64,000 nt of DNA from Actinomycetes bacterium. Its GTDB lineage: Bacteria; Actinomycetota; Acidimicrobiia; Acidimicrobiales; JAJZXF01. Below are positions 16,270-25,554 of the stretch, one piece after another. The DNA is taken from contig JAJYWA010000002.1 of the NCBI GenBank assembly GCA_021791755.1, positions 4,007-68,006 of the forward strand, written 5' to 3'. The position numbers were made by a program, and so were the translations under genes. A model generated the notes under the pieces. It searched no databases. It saw nothing but the letters and a program-made list of their open reading frames with translations, and was not told where the DNA came from. Every line of letters starts with the position of its first letter. Position 1 is the stretch's first letter.

Positions 16270-19200
16270 CTACGGCGCAAGCGATCTTCTTCCGACACGA
16301 CAGGGGGCAAAGGCAACGTCGGGCAGCAAGCGTGGCAAGTGAGCAAACGCGTCTGGGGGGCAATGGCCTTTGAAGCTGCTGGGGGCTCTCCGGTAGAGGC
16401 CGCATCGCGGCGGGATTCGAGGCCTCGTGCGCAGGTGGGACATGAGACACGTGCTCGGAGCCATTTGTCCGTATGGACCGATCGATCCGCTGGGCCATTG
16501 GCTTTGGAGCACAGGAGACATACCTGTCGTAGCAGCGTTCGGGTATGCGCCCGGGCGCTCGGCGACGGTGCTTGCGATGCCAACCACTGGAGCATTGAGG
16601 CGCCTTCCACCAAGAGAGCCGTAGAACCTCGCATCCCCGAAGCTGAAGATGCCCCCGTCAGATGCTACGAGCCAGTAGCCCTTCCCATCTCTGGTCGGAG
16701 CGATTCCGACTATTGGAGCGTTCAGCCGCTTTGCGCCAAGAGAGCCGTAGAACTTCGCATCCCCGAAGCTGAAGATGCCCCCGTCAGATGCTACGAGCCA
16801 GTAGCCATTGCCCGACAAGGTGGGCTCTATGCCAACTATTGGAGCAGCGAGGTGCTTATGAACCGTTCCGTAGTACCCCGCAGAGCCGTAGAACTGAGCG
16901 TCACCGAAGCCGAAGATGCCGCCGTCTCTAGCTACGAGCCAGTAGCCCTTTCCATCAGGCGTGGATGCTATCCCTACTATTGGAGCTCTCAGTGCAACTC
17001 GAGCCGCAGAGCCGTAGAACCGAGCGTCGCCGAAGCTGAATACTCCCCCATCTGATGCTACGAGCCAGTAGCCCTTTCCATCAGGGGTGGATGCGATTCC
17101 CACTATCGGAGCATCGAGGTGCACTGCGCCAAGAGAGCCGTAGAACCTCGCGTCTCCGAAAGAGAAGACTCCACCATTTGAGGACGCGAGCCAGTAGCCC
17201 TTTGCATCTTCGGTCACAGCCATTCCTACTACCGGGGCCGTCAGGCGCACTGCGCCAAGCGAGCCGTGGAACTGAGCGCCGCCGAAGCTGAAGACTCCCC
17301 CGCCTGAGGAGACGAGCCAGTAGCCAGGAGCAGGAGCAGGAGCCATGTACGATAGAACGAGGTCCGACTGGCCCGCGCCGGTGTTGGCAGCGCCAGCCAA
17401 GGCGCAGAAGCCCGTAGAGACACAGGAGATGCCATTGAAGCGGTAGACGGAGCCTGGCACACGCGGCGTGAGTGAAGGTGAGTTGTCAACTGACCAGCTC
17501 GTCCCGTTCCATGTGACGACGAAACCCTCCTTCGCACCGCCGAGCACGTACTTGATGTCACCGGGCGCGTCTATATAGTTGCCGGCTGCGACGCAGAGGT
17601 TCTCTGACGCACACGAGATGTTGTAAAGCTGGTCCGAGGAGCCGGCAGAGACAGAAAGTGACGCGGAGCTGTTCAGGGACCATGTCGAGCCGTTGTAGAC
17701 GAGAGCGAGGTTTTGATCATACCCCGCGGGGTTCATGTAGTAGCCGACTGCTGCACAGAAGCTCGGGCTCGTGCACGAGACACCGTCGAGCTGGTTGTTC
17801 TGCGTCGCGGAGGTGGAAAGCGACGCTGAGCTGTTCTGAGACCACTCAGAGCCGTTGTAGGTGAGAACGAGGTTCTGGGTGTACCCCGCAGAGCTCGTAT
17901 AGTCGGTGACAGCTACGCAAAAGCTCGTGCTCGCGCACGAGACGCTCATTGGGTGGAAGTGGTGGTTCTCTTGGCCACCACCTATGCCCATGTAGCTCCA
18001 GTGCACACCGTTCCACGTCGCTACGAAGTCCTGAGACGCGTTCGGGTTGGACGGGTCGGGGTAGTACAGGCCGGCTCCGGCGCAAAAGCGCGGGCTCGTA
18101 CACGAGAGATCCGCGAACTCAGGCGCAAACTCCGGGTACCCGGGGTAAGGGGGGTTGTAGCCGGGAGTGCCCATCGGCTTCTGGCTCCAGGAGACGCCGT
18201 TCCAGGTGAGCAAGTAGTTGTAGCTGGATGATGATTGGGGGGTGCCGTTGAAACTATTGAAGAAGGTGCCAATCGCCACGCAGGAGGTCATGCTGGTACA
18301 TGACACGGCGTCGAGGTAGTTGGTGACACTAGATGACGACGATGGCGGCTCTGAGCCAGCCATCGACCAGGAAGAGCCGTTCCAGGTGAGAACGAGGTAC
18401 TCTAAGCCCAAGGATTCGTTTCGATACTCGCCGACTGCGACACAGAAGCTAGCCGACACGCACGAGATGCTCGAGATCGTGTCGATCAGCACCGTCTGCT
18501 GCGGGATCAGCACGAGATGCGCCTTCCAGGACGAGCCGTTCCAGGTGACCATGAGGACGTCACCCCCCAACCAGGCGCCAGACCAGCCGACTGCGACGCA
18601 GAAGCTCGCGCTTGAGCACCCTATGCCTTCGAGCCCACTTGACTGCCACCCAGACCCAGAGAACGACGGCGGGTAGTAGAGCTTCCACGTGCTCCCGTTC
18701 CAGGTGAGGATGAAGTTCACTTTGAGGTTCTGCGTCGAGCTGAAGAAGGTGCCGTAGCCATCCGCTACGCAGAAGCTCGCGCTTGCACACGAGATGCCTT
18801 CGTAGGAGACGCCAAGGTTGATAAGCGGCTGTTGGGGGGTGAGCGACGGGGACTTGTCGACAGTCCAGCTCGTGCCGTTCCAGGTGAAGCCCATGTTCAC
18901 AACATTTCCCTGGGAGTCCCGAATAGAGTTAACTCCGGCGCAGAAGCTCGGCGAGACACAAGAGATGGAGTCGGGAAACAACATGGAGTCCGAGCTCTCC
19001 CGCATTGTCCATCTCGTGCCGTTCCAGATCAGGACCGAGCCATAGGAATTGCCCGCTGAGTCGACAAACCCGCCATTTACCATGCAGAAGCTCGGGCTGG
19101 CGCACGAGACGCTGTAGACAGAGCTTTTCTGCCATCCAGGCTCATAGAACGGCGCGGAGTCATCGAGGGTCCAGCTGGCGCCGTTCCAGGTAATGATGTA

Positions 19201-19767
19201 GCCATTAAGGTCGACCGCTACGCAGAAGCTCGGGCTGGCGCACGAGACGCCCATGAGCGTGTCGTTGGACGACCCTGGCGGATGCGGATCTGCTGTCCAG
19301 CTCGTGCCGTTCCAAGTGAGGATCCCATTGCCAGCGTAGCCAGCGCCGACGGCTACGCAGAAGCTCGTGCTGGCGCACGAGACGCCATAGAGGAAGAAGC
19401 TCGCCAACACAGCAGGGCTAGAGGTGTCTACGATCCAGGACCTGCCGTTCCAGGTGGAGATGAGACCCGTCTCGAAACTGTCAAGAGAGTCGCCTACCGC
19501 TACGCAGAAGGTCGCAGAGACGCACGAGACGCTGTCGAGGGCACCATAGTTGTTCTCATTATACGGCTGTGGGAAGGAGTAGCTCGGAGGGTTCATGTTC
19601 GACCAGGACAAGCCTGCGCTCGTCGACCTCGGCTGATTGGGATGGCTCGCCGGTGCACCCCCATGAGCCAGCGCGGCCGCAGGGCTCTGTGAGAGCGCCA
19701 CGATCCCGAGAGCTGTGATCACAGCACGAAGCAGTGATCGGTGGTGTCGCAGGTGCACGGCTCTCAC
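16270..19767 (-). CDS. Giant secreted repeat protein 1 (1165 aa): signal peptide, about 15 Cys-pair blades (SCxSxxFCxAVG...TWNGxxW), then six ~42-aa GYWLVASDGG repeats
   Basis: The N-terminus MRAVHLRHHRSLLRAVITALGIVALSQSPAAALA is signal-like. The repeat architecture was read directly from the translation. The start overlaps the stop of the upstream giant gene by 4 bp (19764-19767). Confidence 0.8.
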   Translation of the reverse strand: MRAVHLRHHRSLLRAVITALGIVALSQSPAAALAHGGAPASHPNQPRSTSAGLSWSNMNPPSYSFPQPYNENNYGALDSVSCVSATFCVAVGDSLDSFETGLISTWNGRSWIVDTSSPAVLASFFLYGVSCASTSFCVAVGAGYAGNGILTWNGTSWTADPHPPGSSNDTLMGVSCASPSFCVAVDLNGYIITWNGASWTLDDSAPFYEPGWQKSSVYSVSCASPSFCMVNGGFVDSAGNSYGSVLIWNGTRWTMRESSDSMLFPDSISCVSPSFCAGVNSIRDSQGNVVNMGFTWNGTSWTVDKSPSLTPQQPLINLGVSYEGISCASASFCVADGYGTFFSSTQNLKVNFILTWNGSTWKLYYPPSFSGSGWQSSGLEGIGCSSASFCVAVGWSGAWLGGDVLMVTWNGSSWKAHLVLIPQQTVLIDTISSISCVSASFCVAVGEYRNESLGLEYLVLTWNGSSWSMAGSEPPSSSSSVTNYLDAVSCTSMTSCVAIGTFFNSFNGTPQSSSSYNYLLTWNGVSWSQKPMGTPGYNPPYPGYPEFAPEFADLSCTSPRFCAGAGLYYPDPSNPNASQDFVATWNGVHWSYMGIGGGQENHHFHPMSVSCASTSFCVAVTDYTSSAGYTQNLVLTYNGSEWSQNSSASLSTSATQNNQLDGVSCTSPSFCAAVGYYMNPAGYDQNLALVYNGSTWSLNSSASLSVSAGSSDQLYNISCASENLCVAAGNYIDAPGDIKYVLGGAKEGFVVTWNGTSWSVDNSPSLTPRVPGSVYRFNGISCVSTGFCALAGAANTGAGQSDLVLSYMAPAPAPGYWLVSSGGGVFSFGGAQFHGSLGAVRLTAPVVGMAVTEDAKGYWLASSNGGVFSFGDARFYGSLGAVHLDAPIVGIASTPDGKGYWLVASDGGVFSFGDARFYGSAARVALRAPIVGIASTPDGKGYWLVARDGGIFGFGDAQFYGSAGYYGTVHKHLAAPIVGIEPTLSGNGYWLVASDGGIFSFGDAKFYGSLGAKRLNAPIVGIAPTRDGKGYWLVASDGGIFSFGDARFYGSLGGRRLNAPVVGIASTVAERPGAYPNAATTGMSPVLQSQWPSGSIGPYGQMAPSTCLMSHLRTRPRIPPRCGLYRRAPSSFKGHCPPDAFAHLPRLLPDVAFAPCRVGRRSLAP
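16575..17330. repeat. Six tandem ~126-bp units encoding the GYWLVASDGGIFSFGDAxFYGS...LNAPIVGIA repeat (C-terminus of giant protein 1); boundaries approximate
   Basis: As an example, caagagagccgtagaac.tcgcatccccgaagctgaagatgcccccgtcagatgctacgagccagtagcc recurs at 16611 and 16737, a period of 126 bp. Confidence 0.8.
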
Positions 19768-22700
19768 CCTGTACCGTTCACTGCTGCAGCGCCTATGACC
19801 GGGGCGTTGAGAGACTGTCCTGCCATCGAGCCGTAGAACTTCGCATCACCGAAGTAGAATATGCCGCCGTCGGAGGCTATGAGCCAGTAGCCGCCACCAT
19901 CCACGGTGGGAGCCATGCTGACTATCGGGGCGTTCAAGTGCTTTCCCCCCATAGATCCGTAGAAGCGCGAGCCAGCGGTCCCGAAGCCGAAGATGCCCCC
20001 GTCAGAGCCTACGAGCCAGTAGCCGTGCCCGCCAGGGGTCCCAGCCATGCCGACTATCGGGGCGTTGAGAGACCTGCCACCCATGGAGCCGTAGAAGGTA
20101 GCGGTCCCGAAGCTGAAGATGCCCCCATCTGAGGCGACCAGCCAGTAGCCGTGCCCGCCAGGGGTCACAGCCATGCCGACTATCGGGGCGTTGAGAGACC
20201 TGCCACCCATGGAGCCGTAGAAGGTAGCGGTCCCGAAGCTGAAGATGCCCCCATCTGAGGCCACGAGCCAGTAGCCATGCCCGCCAGGGGTCCCAGCCAT
20301 GCCGACTACTGGGGCGCTGAGCGTGATGCTGTTCGTTCCCCCGGGAGGCTTCTGTGGGTTGATCTGGCCAGTAGAGCCGTAGAAGGACGCGCCACCGAAG
20401 CTGAGCACAGCGCCATTGGAGGCGACCTCCCAGTAGCCTTTCGAGCTCGCCCCCGAGGTTGACGTCGGTGGAGCAAGAGCCATGCCGACTACTGGGGCGC
20501 TGAGCGTGATGCTGTTCGTTCCTCCGGGAGGCTTCTGTGGGTTGATCTGGCCAGTAGAGCCCAAGAAAGGTGCGTCACCGTAGTTGAAGAGACCGCCATC
20601 AGATCCGACCTCGTAGTAGCCCTGGCCTGGCGTACAAGACGACGAGTAGATCGCACACGACATCGGCACGGTCGCAAAGCGTACGTGCCCGAAGCCCAAG
20701 GGATGACCACGCTGTAGGTAGCTGATAACTAGCTGGCTGCCTGATGGGTCGAGCTCTGGGTGCATGAGATAGTCATAACAGCTCCCCTCGGCGAGGAACG
20801 CAGGAGAGCACCCGGGAATGAGCGCTGCACCGGCCTTCGTGAACGGGCCCCAGGGTTTGGATGAGTACCGGAACTGCACCTCGCCTGAGTACGGTCCGCC
20901 AACCGGCTGGTACATCATGACGTAGACCGGCGAGCATGTCCAGCAGGTCGCGACCCTCGAGACAGAGAAGGTACCTCCCCCGACACCGGCCGAGATCGGC
21001 AAGCTGCTGGTATTGACAGGACCCAGCGAGGAAGGTGGGCCGCTCGAAACAGGTGGGCTGCTACCGCCAGCTATCTGCTCCCGTATGCCCTCTGTAGCAT
21101 AGGTGGCCGTGGAACCGGTTCCGTAGCCAAGCACCGTCTGTGGGATTGCAGCGCTGCTCGGGCCCCACGTCGTGCCGCCATCGAAGTACTGATAGTTCGC
21201 CTGACATGCCCACACGGGTCCAGAGGCACAACCAGAGGTATTCGAAAGCGCTATACGCGCGACGTAGACGAACTTCGACAGGGCGCCGACCGGTGAGTAC
21301 AGGTAGAGGTGTCCTCCATGCGGGCCGACAACGGCTCCTGACACAAAGCCGACCTGGGGTCCCGACCGGGATGCGCAAACAGCCGTGGTCGGGCTCGCAC
21401 ACGGCAGGCACTGGGCCTGGCCCGGAGACCACGGGACCGGCGTAGAGCATGGCTCGTTGGCGTTGTGCGCGTAGTAGTTGTTGAAGTTGAACAGGTTGTC
21501 ACTTAGCGAAGGGGCCGAGAGCGCCGGCGCGCTGGTCACGTTCACCGATGCGACGCCAACCGACGGGCTCGCACTCTCTAGGAGACCCCATGGGATGGCG
21601 ATCGTAGACAGGTGAGAGGCCGACCTCACGAGCAGGTCGATCCCCGAGTGGTACGGGTCCCCCGGAGGCATGATCAAAGGGGAGCACCACTGCTGGTAGT
21701 AGTCGAGAGCAGTGTTCGACAACGGCGAGGAGGTCTTCGTAGTGACACCGAAGTCTCCGTTCGGCACAGTCGTGAGCCCGGCGGACCAGCGGGGGCAGTA
21801 GTAGTGGCGGGTGGTCGCCGGAGTCGGCAGCGTATTTCTCGTAGACGAGGCACTGCTCGTAGACGAGGCGCCGGTCTCGTACACAGTGGGATAGATGGCA
21901 CCTCCGTTAGTCGGGTTCGTCCCTATCGGAAAGCTCTGCAGCGCCCCGCAGGACGGTACGGGCGCGAGGGGCTGACCTGTAGGATGCTTTGCATTCACCC
22001 TGTAGTACCCGACGTCATAGGCCGACGCGAGGCAGAAGTCCGTGGTGATAGCGGGGTAGGAACTTGGCAACATCTTGTCGTCGATGAAGTTCGCTATGTG
22101 GATCCTCGTATGATTCGTCGACGAGGTGTAGTCGAAGGAAGAAGGAGGCGAGGCGGTGCCTTCGGTACTGGTCAGCTTGCCGCCGAAGCCTGGAGCGAGC
22201 ATGCCCTCTGAAGGAAGGAACGGGCACGGCTGGCTCGCCGCTATCGGGTTCTTATTGAACCCGAACGTGTACGGACATGTCCAGGTCGGGGATTGCGCTG
22301 TGCAGGAGCCGGAGGTGAGACCACTGCTCACACCGTTGATGTTGTCGGTGAGGCACGGAGTAGGAGACGAGGCGCCAATCGTAGCGAGCGGCCACTGAAC
22401 AGCGGCGGTGCCGCTCGGTGTGAAGTGGCTCGCAGAGGAGCTGGACGACACAGCATCCGCGATAGCGGTGTCACAGAAGACCCACAGGTCCGCGTTGATG
22501 AAGTTGGACGAGGAGGAGCCAGACGAGGAGGCAGGCGCCGAGACCTGCGTGCTCATGCCGCAGTCGCGCGACACGGAGCGGTAGCAGTCGCCTACGGTTG
22601 GCTTGAATATGTTCGGTGAGCTGTAGCTGTAGCTGTACTTGAGCGTCGGGCCACCGTCGCACGCATCAGCGCTGTTGCGGTACCGATTCGTCGGATGCCT

Positions 22701-24803
22701 GATCAAGGTGGCCTCGACCGGGAGGGGTCCCGTGCCGTAGGCAGCAGCCTCAACTGCAACAGGCGTCACGGTGTACGGGCTTGATCCAGCAGGCGAGTAG
22801 CCATTCGCGTTCAAGGCGACGACGCTCACATCGTAGGTGACCGCGCTCTCGAGGTTGCTGATCACGTACTGAACGCCTGGCGGGTCCACTCCTGGAGAGC
22901 TCGCACACGAAGCCGTGGACAGCTCACACGTCGGAGAGCCGACTATCGCCGCATTGACGCCAGATGAAGACGCCATGATGCCCCCGGCCTCACACGTAGC
23001 AGTCGAGGCCGCACACCCTACGCTCGTGAGCTCGAGCACCGACGAGGCCTGCTCGCTCACCGGCTCGTTGCCCCAGAGCGCACCCGAGTCCGCGGTGCCT
23101 ATGAGCACCGGGGCTATCGCCTTCGCGCCGAGAACCGAGAAGCCGGCCGCGTAGCAGACTTGAGCGCTCGGACACGATATGCCATATAACAGCACGTGCG
23201 ATCCGGAAGGCCCTGTGGGAAGCGGCCCATCCTCGGACCAGGTTCCACCAGATGACATGCTCCAGGCTACAGAGCTGAGACCACCGAGGTAGTTGGCGCC
23301 TACCGCTGCGCACGCAGTCGTCGAGGCGCACGACACCCCTGTCGGCAACGCCAAGGATGCGGGGTTCAAGACGTAAGGCCCCATTGGAGCAGAGTGAAAG
23401 CTTCCACCTCCGTCTTCGGTGCTGACAGCGACCGGCGCAAGCCCTGTTGCGCCAAGAGACAGCTCTGCTTTCACCCCTACGAATGTGCAAGCCGCTTGTG
23501 AGACACACGAGATCGCATCTCCGGAGAGAACAGGCATGTAGGCGCTCATGACGCCGAAGGCCGGCTGGGCGACGGTCTGTTGCCAGGTGGCTCCCGAGTT
23601 GGACGAGGTTATGACCTCTGATTGGCCAAGAGAGCGCATGCCTACCGCAAAGCAGGTGGTCGTCGCGTACACGCACGAGATGCCGCCCAAGTCCTCGAAT
23701 CCTTGCGGCAGCGCTGAAGAAGACCAGGTTGCGCCGGAGTCGGTCGTGTAGAAGAGCGCCGGCGCGCTAGCCAAGCTGAGAACGCCGGGAATGCCTCCAA
23801 CGACACAGGTGGAAGCTGCGACACACGAGACGCTCGTCAAGATGACCCCTGGCGCACGAGGCATGCTGAGCGTCGTCCAGGTCTCGCCTGCGTTATCAGT
23901 CAAGACCGCGTACGGCTCGAAGCTGATGCCAGAGCTCGAAGAGATCGATGCCGTGGCTCCGACGGCTATGCACGAGGTCGCGGTGGGACATGACACGTGG
24001 AGGATGAAGCTGTCTTGTGCTCCGGTGAGCGATAGTCCCCATGCGCCGGTGACAGCGGGGCTCGTGGACGCAGACATCGGGTACACCAGGCAGTGCCCGA
24101 GCCAGGAGATGAGACATCCGATGCTCGCAGAGGCGCCCTGTGCGCCGCTCGTGGTAGTCACCGGGGTAGCTACGGCCTCATAGCCGGTGATAGACGATCC
24201 TCCATCGTTTGCGGGGGGATCGAATCTCACCGCTATATCAGGGCCATCGGTGGACGCTCTCACGTTCCGTGGAGCGCTCGGAGCGCCTTGAGCAGAGGAG
24301 ACATAGGCCTGAGAGGAGGGAGACGACCATGGGCCTGCTCCTGAAGCGCTCAGCGCCTGCACCTCGAAGGTGTAGGCGACAGAGTTGCTCAAGCCCTGGA
24401 CGACAGTCGTCGTAGGAGGAGGAGAACCGGTGACCAAGAGCCCGGTGCACGAGGAGGAACATGCAGGAGTCGGCTCGATCCTGTAGCCAGTGACCGGAGA
24501 GGAGCCGGCAGAAGCCTGCGCCCAGGTAATGGTCGCAGAGCCGAAAGAGCCGGTGGCCTGGACGTCGAGCGGGGCCCCTGGCGGCTCGGTGGTCGTAGAG
24601 TGAGAGAGAACCCTGGTGCGCCTCTTGGAAGAAAGAGCCTGCGTCGTGTGCTGGGCTGCTCCAGCGAGAGCGGGCATGAGCACTAGAACAGAGACTAACG
24701 AGACCCCTAGGGCTCTAAGGAGCCAGGCGCATCGAAGCCACGAGCCACGACGCCTTGATCTCTCTCTCTCTCTCTCGGCTAGCCATGCTGCGAACGGTAG
24801 CAC
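19764..24803 (-). CDS. Giant secreted repeat protein 2 (about 1680 aa from GTG 24803): signal peptide, two FN3-like domains, a seven-blade BNR/Asp-box propeller with Cys pairs, an unassigned Cys-rich ~650-aa central region, and six C-terminal GYWLVASDGG repeats
   Basis: FN3-like segments are PGAPLDVQATGSFGSATITW...YTFEVQALSASGAGPWS and PSAPRNVRAS...GGSSITGYEAV. Asp-box motifs are TDNAGETW, TDSGATW, SNSGATW, SSGGTW and TADSGALW, each paired with (S/G)CxxxxxC. The maximal ORF extends to 25187 but would overlap the divergent methyltransferase. GTG at 24803 gives (M)LPFAAWLAERERERSRRRGSWLRCAWLLRALGVSLVSVLVLMPALAGA, which is signal-like. The start is uncertain. Confidence 0.75.
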   Translation of the reverse strand: MLPFAAWLAERERERSRRRGSWLRCAWLLRALGVSLVSVLVLMPALAGAAQHTTQALSSKRRTRVLSHSTTTEPPGAPLDVQATGSFGSATITWAQASAGSSPVTGYRIEPTPACSSSCTGLLVTGSPPPTTTVVQGLSNSVAYTFEVQALSASGAGPWSSPSSQAYVSSAQGAPSAPRNVRASTDGPDIAVRFDPPANDGGSSITGYEAVATPVTTTSGAQGASASIGCLISWLGHCLVYPMSASTSPAVTGAWGLSLTGAQDSFILHVSCPTATSCIAVGATASISSSSGISFEPYAVLTDNAGETWTTLSMPRAPGVILTSVSCVAASTCVVGGIPGVLSLASAPALFYTTDSGATWSSSALPQGFEDLGGISCVYATTTCFAVGMRSLGQSEVITSSNSGATWQQTVAQPAFGVMSAYMPVLSGDAISCVSQAACTFVGVKAELSLGATGLAPVAVSTEDGGGSFHSAPMGPYVLNPASLALPTGVSCASTTACAAVGANYLGGLSSVAWSMSSGGTWSEDGPLPTGPSGSHVLLYGISCPSAQVCYAAGFSVLGAKAIAPVLIGTADSGALWGNEPVSEQASSVLELTSVGCAASTATCEAGGIMASSSGVNAAIVGSPTCELSTASCASSPGVDPPGVQYVISNLESAVTYDVSVVALNANGYSPAGSSPYTVTPVAVEAAAYGTGPLPVEATLIRHPTNRYRNSADACDGGPTLKYSYSYSSPNIFKPTVGDCYRSVSRDCGMSTQVSAPASSSGSSSSNFINADLWVFCDTAIADAVSSSSSASHFTPSGTAAVQWPLATIGASSPTPCLTDNINGVSSGLTSGSCTAQSPTWTCPYTFGFNKNPIAASQPCPFLPSEGMLAPGFGGKLTSTEGTASPPSSFDYTSSTNHTRIHIANFIDDKMLPSSYPAITTDFCLASAYDVGYYRVNAKHPTGQPLAPVPSCGALQSFPIGTNPTNGGAIYPTVYETGASSTSSASSTRNTLPTPATTRHYYCPRWSAGLTTVPNGDFGVTTKTSSPLSNTALDYYQQWCSPLIMPPGDPYHSGIDLLVRSASHLSTIAIPWGLLESASPSVGVASVNVTSAPALSAPSLSDNLFNFNNYYAHNANEPCSTPVPWSPGQAQCLPCASPTTAVCASRSGPQVGFVSGAVVGPHGGHLYLYSPVGALSKFVYVARIALSNTSGCASGPVWACQANYQYFDGGTTWGPSSAAIPQTVLGYGTGSTATYATEGIREQIAGGSSPPVSSGPPSSLGPVNTSSLPISAGVGGGTFSVSRVATCWTCSPVYVMMYQPVGGPYSGEVQFRYSSKPWGPFTKAGAALIPGCSPAFLAEGSCYDYLMHPELDPSGSQLVISYLQRGHPLGFGHVRFATVPMSCAIYSSSCTPGQGYYEVGSDGGLFNYGDAPFLGSTGQINPQKPPGGTNSITLSAPVVGMALAPPTSTSGASSKGYWEVASNGAVLSFGGASFYGSTGQINPQKPPGGTNSITLSAPVVGMAGTPGGHGYWLVASDGGIFSFGTATFYGSMGGRSLNAPIVGMAVTPGGHGYWLVASDGGIFSFGTATFYGSMGGRSLNAPIVGMAGTPGGHGYWLVGSDGGIFGFGTAGSRFYGSMGGKHLNAPIVSMAPTVDGGGYWLIASDGGIFYFGDAKFYGSMAGQSLNAPVIGAAAVNGTG
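19767..20630. repeat. Six tandem units (126-190 bp) encoding the C-terminal GYW(L/E)VASDGG repeats of giant protein 2; these include near-identical copies
   Basis: A 93-nt identical stretch, agccatgccgactatcggggcgttgagagacctgccacccatggagccgtagaaggtagcggtcccgaagctgaagatgcccccatctgaggc, occurs at 20043-20135 and 20169-20261. A second near-identical pair lies at about 20296-20380 and 20482-20565. Confidence 0.85.
24759..24776. repeat. (TC)9 dinucleotide microsatellite, (GA)9 on the coding strand
   Basis: The tract tctctctctctctctctc at 24759-24776 encodes ERERER in the presumed signal-peptide n-region of giant protein 2. Confidence 0.9.
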
Positions 24804-24908
24804 GCCGATCAGGCATTGCGCGGCGCGGGTGCGCGGGCCTTGCGCGGCGCGGGCGGGCCTTGCGCGGCACTGGGCGCGGGCAACGCTGCCGGGCGTATTG
24901 TCTTGGCA

Positions 24909-25547
24909 ATGATCGCAGATCCACAAGTCGAGCAGTACGCGCACGAGCACACGACCGCAGAGCCGGCGCACCTGGGTGCTGTAGCCGCGGAGACCATCTC
25001 GACGCTTGACAACCCTGGGATGATGGTCGGTCTGCTGGAGGGCAGGCTCCTCGAGATGCTCGCCTTCGCTACCCAGGCGCGTCGCATCCTCGAGATCGGC
25101 GCCTTCAGCGGCTACTCCGCTCTCGCGATGGCCGCCGGCATGCCATCGGGGGGGACGATCACGACCTGCGAGATCGACCCGCGCCACGCTGACGCAACCC
25201 GGCGCAACATCGCCGCGAGCCCTTACGCCGGCTGCATCGAGGTACGGCTCGGAGATGCGCTCGAGACCCTTGATGGCCTCGAAGGACCTTTCGACCTCGT
25301 CTTCATCGACGCGGACAAGCGCAACTATCTCTCCTACTACGAGGCCGCTCTCAGGCTAGTCGCCGCTACCGGGCTCATCGTCGTGGACAACACCCTCTGG
25401 AGCGGCCGGGTTCTCGACGAGAACAGCGCTGACGTCGACACGGCGGCATTACGCGCCTTCAACGATCACGTGAGGGCTGATCCACGGGTCATCTGCGTCC
25501 AGCTCACCGTGCGCGACGGAGTGACGATCATCCGACGGGCAGGTTGA
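24909..25547 (+). CDS. Class I SAM-dependent O-methyltransferase (caffeoyl-CoA OMT-like family)
   Basis: The product reads MIADPQVEQYAHEHT...ILEIGAFSGYSALAMA...FDLVFIDADKRNYLSYYE...GLIVVDNTLWSGRV. The maximal ORF starts at 24816, but the ATG at 24909 fits the family N-terminus. Confidence 0.85.
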   Translation: MIADPQVEQYAHEHTTAEPAHLGAVAAETISTLDNPGMMVGLLEGRLLEMLAFATQARRILEIGAFSGYSALAMAAGMPSGGTITTCEIDPRHADATRRNIAASPYAGCIEVRLGDALETLDGLEGPFDLVFIDADKRNYLSYYEAALRLVAATGLIVVDNTLWSGRVLDENSADVDTAALRAFNDHVRADPRVICVQLTVRDGVTIIRRAG

Positions 25548-25554
25548 GCGTCCC

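Noticed and set aside
16192-17055. Plus-strand ORFs with striking internal repeats (RAVELRIPEAEDAPVRCYEPVA...); similar ORFs occur at 19734-20132 and 41394-42341
   Set aside because: They are the antisense image of the GYWLVASDGG repeat arrays. The repeat periodicity is inherited from the real minus-strand genes, which have signal peptides and coherent domain architecture.
24804-25187. An N-terminal 128-codon extension of the larger giant ORF
   Set aside because: The extension would overlap the divergent O-methyltransferase gene and precedes the signal-peptide-like segment. An internal GTG at 24803 gives a sensible secretion signal, although the start remains unproven.
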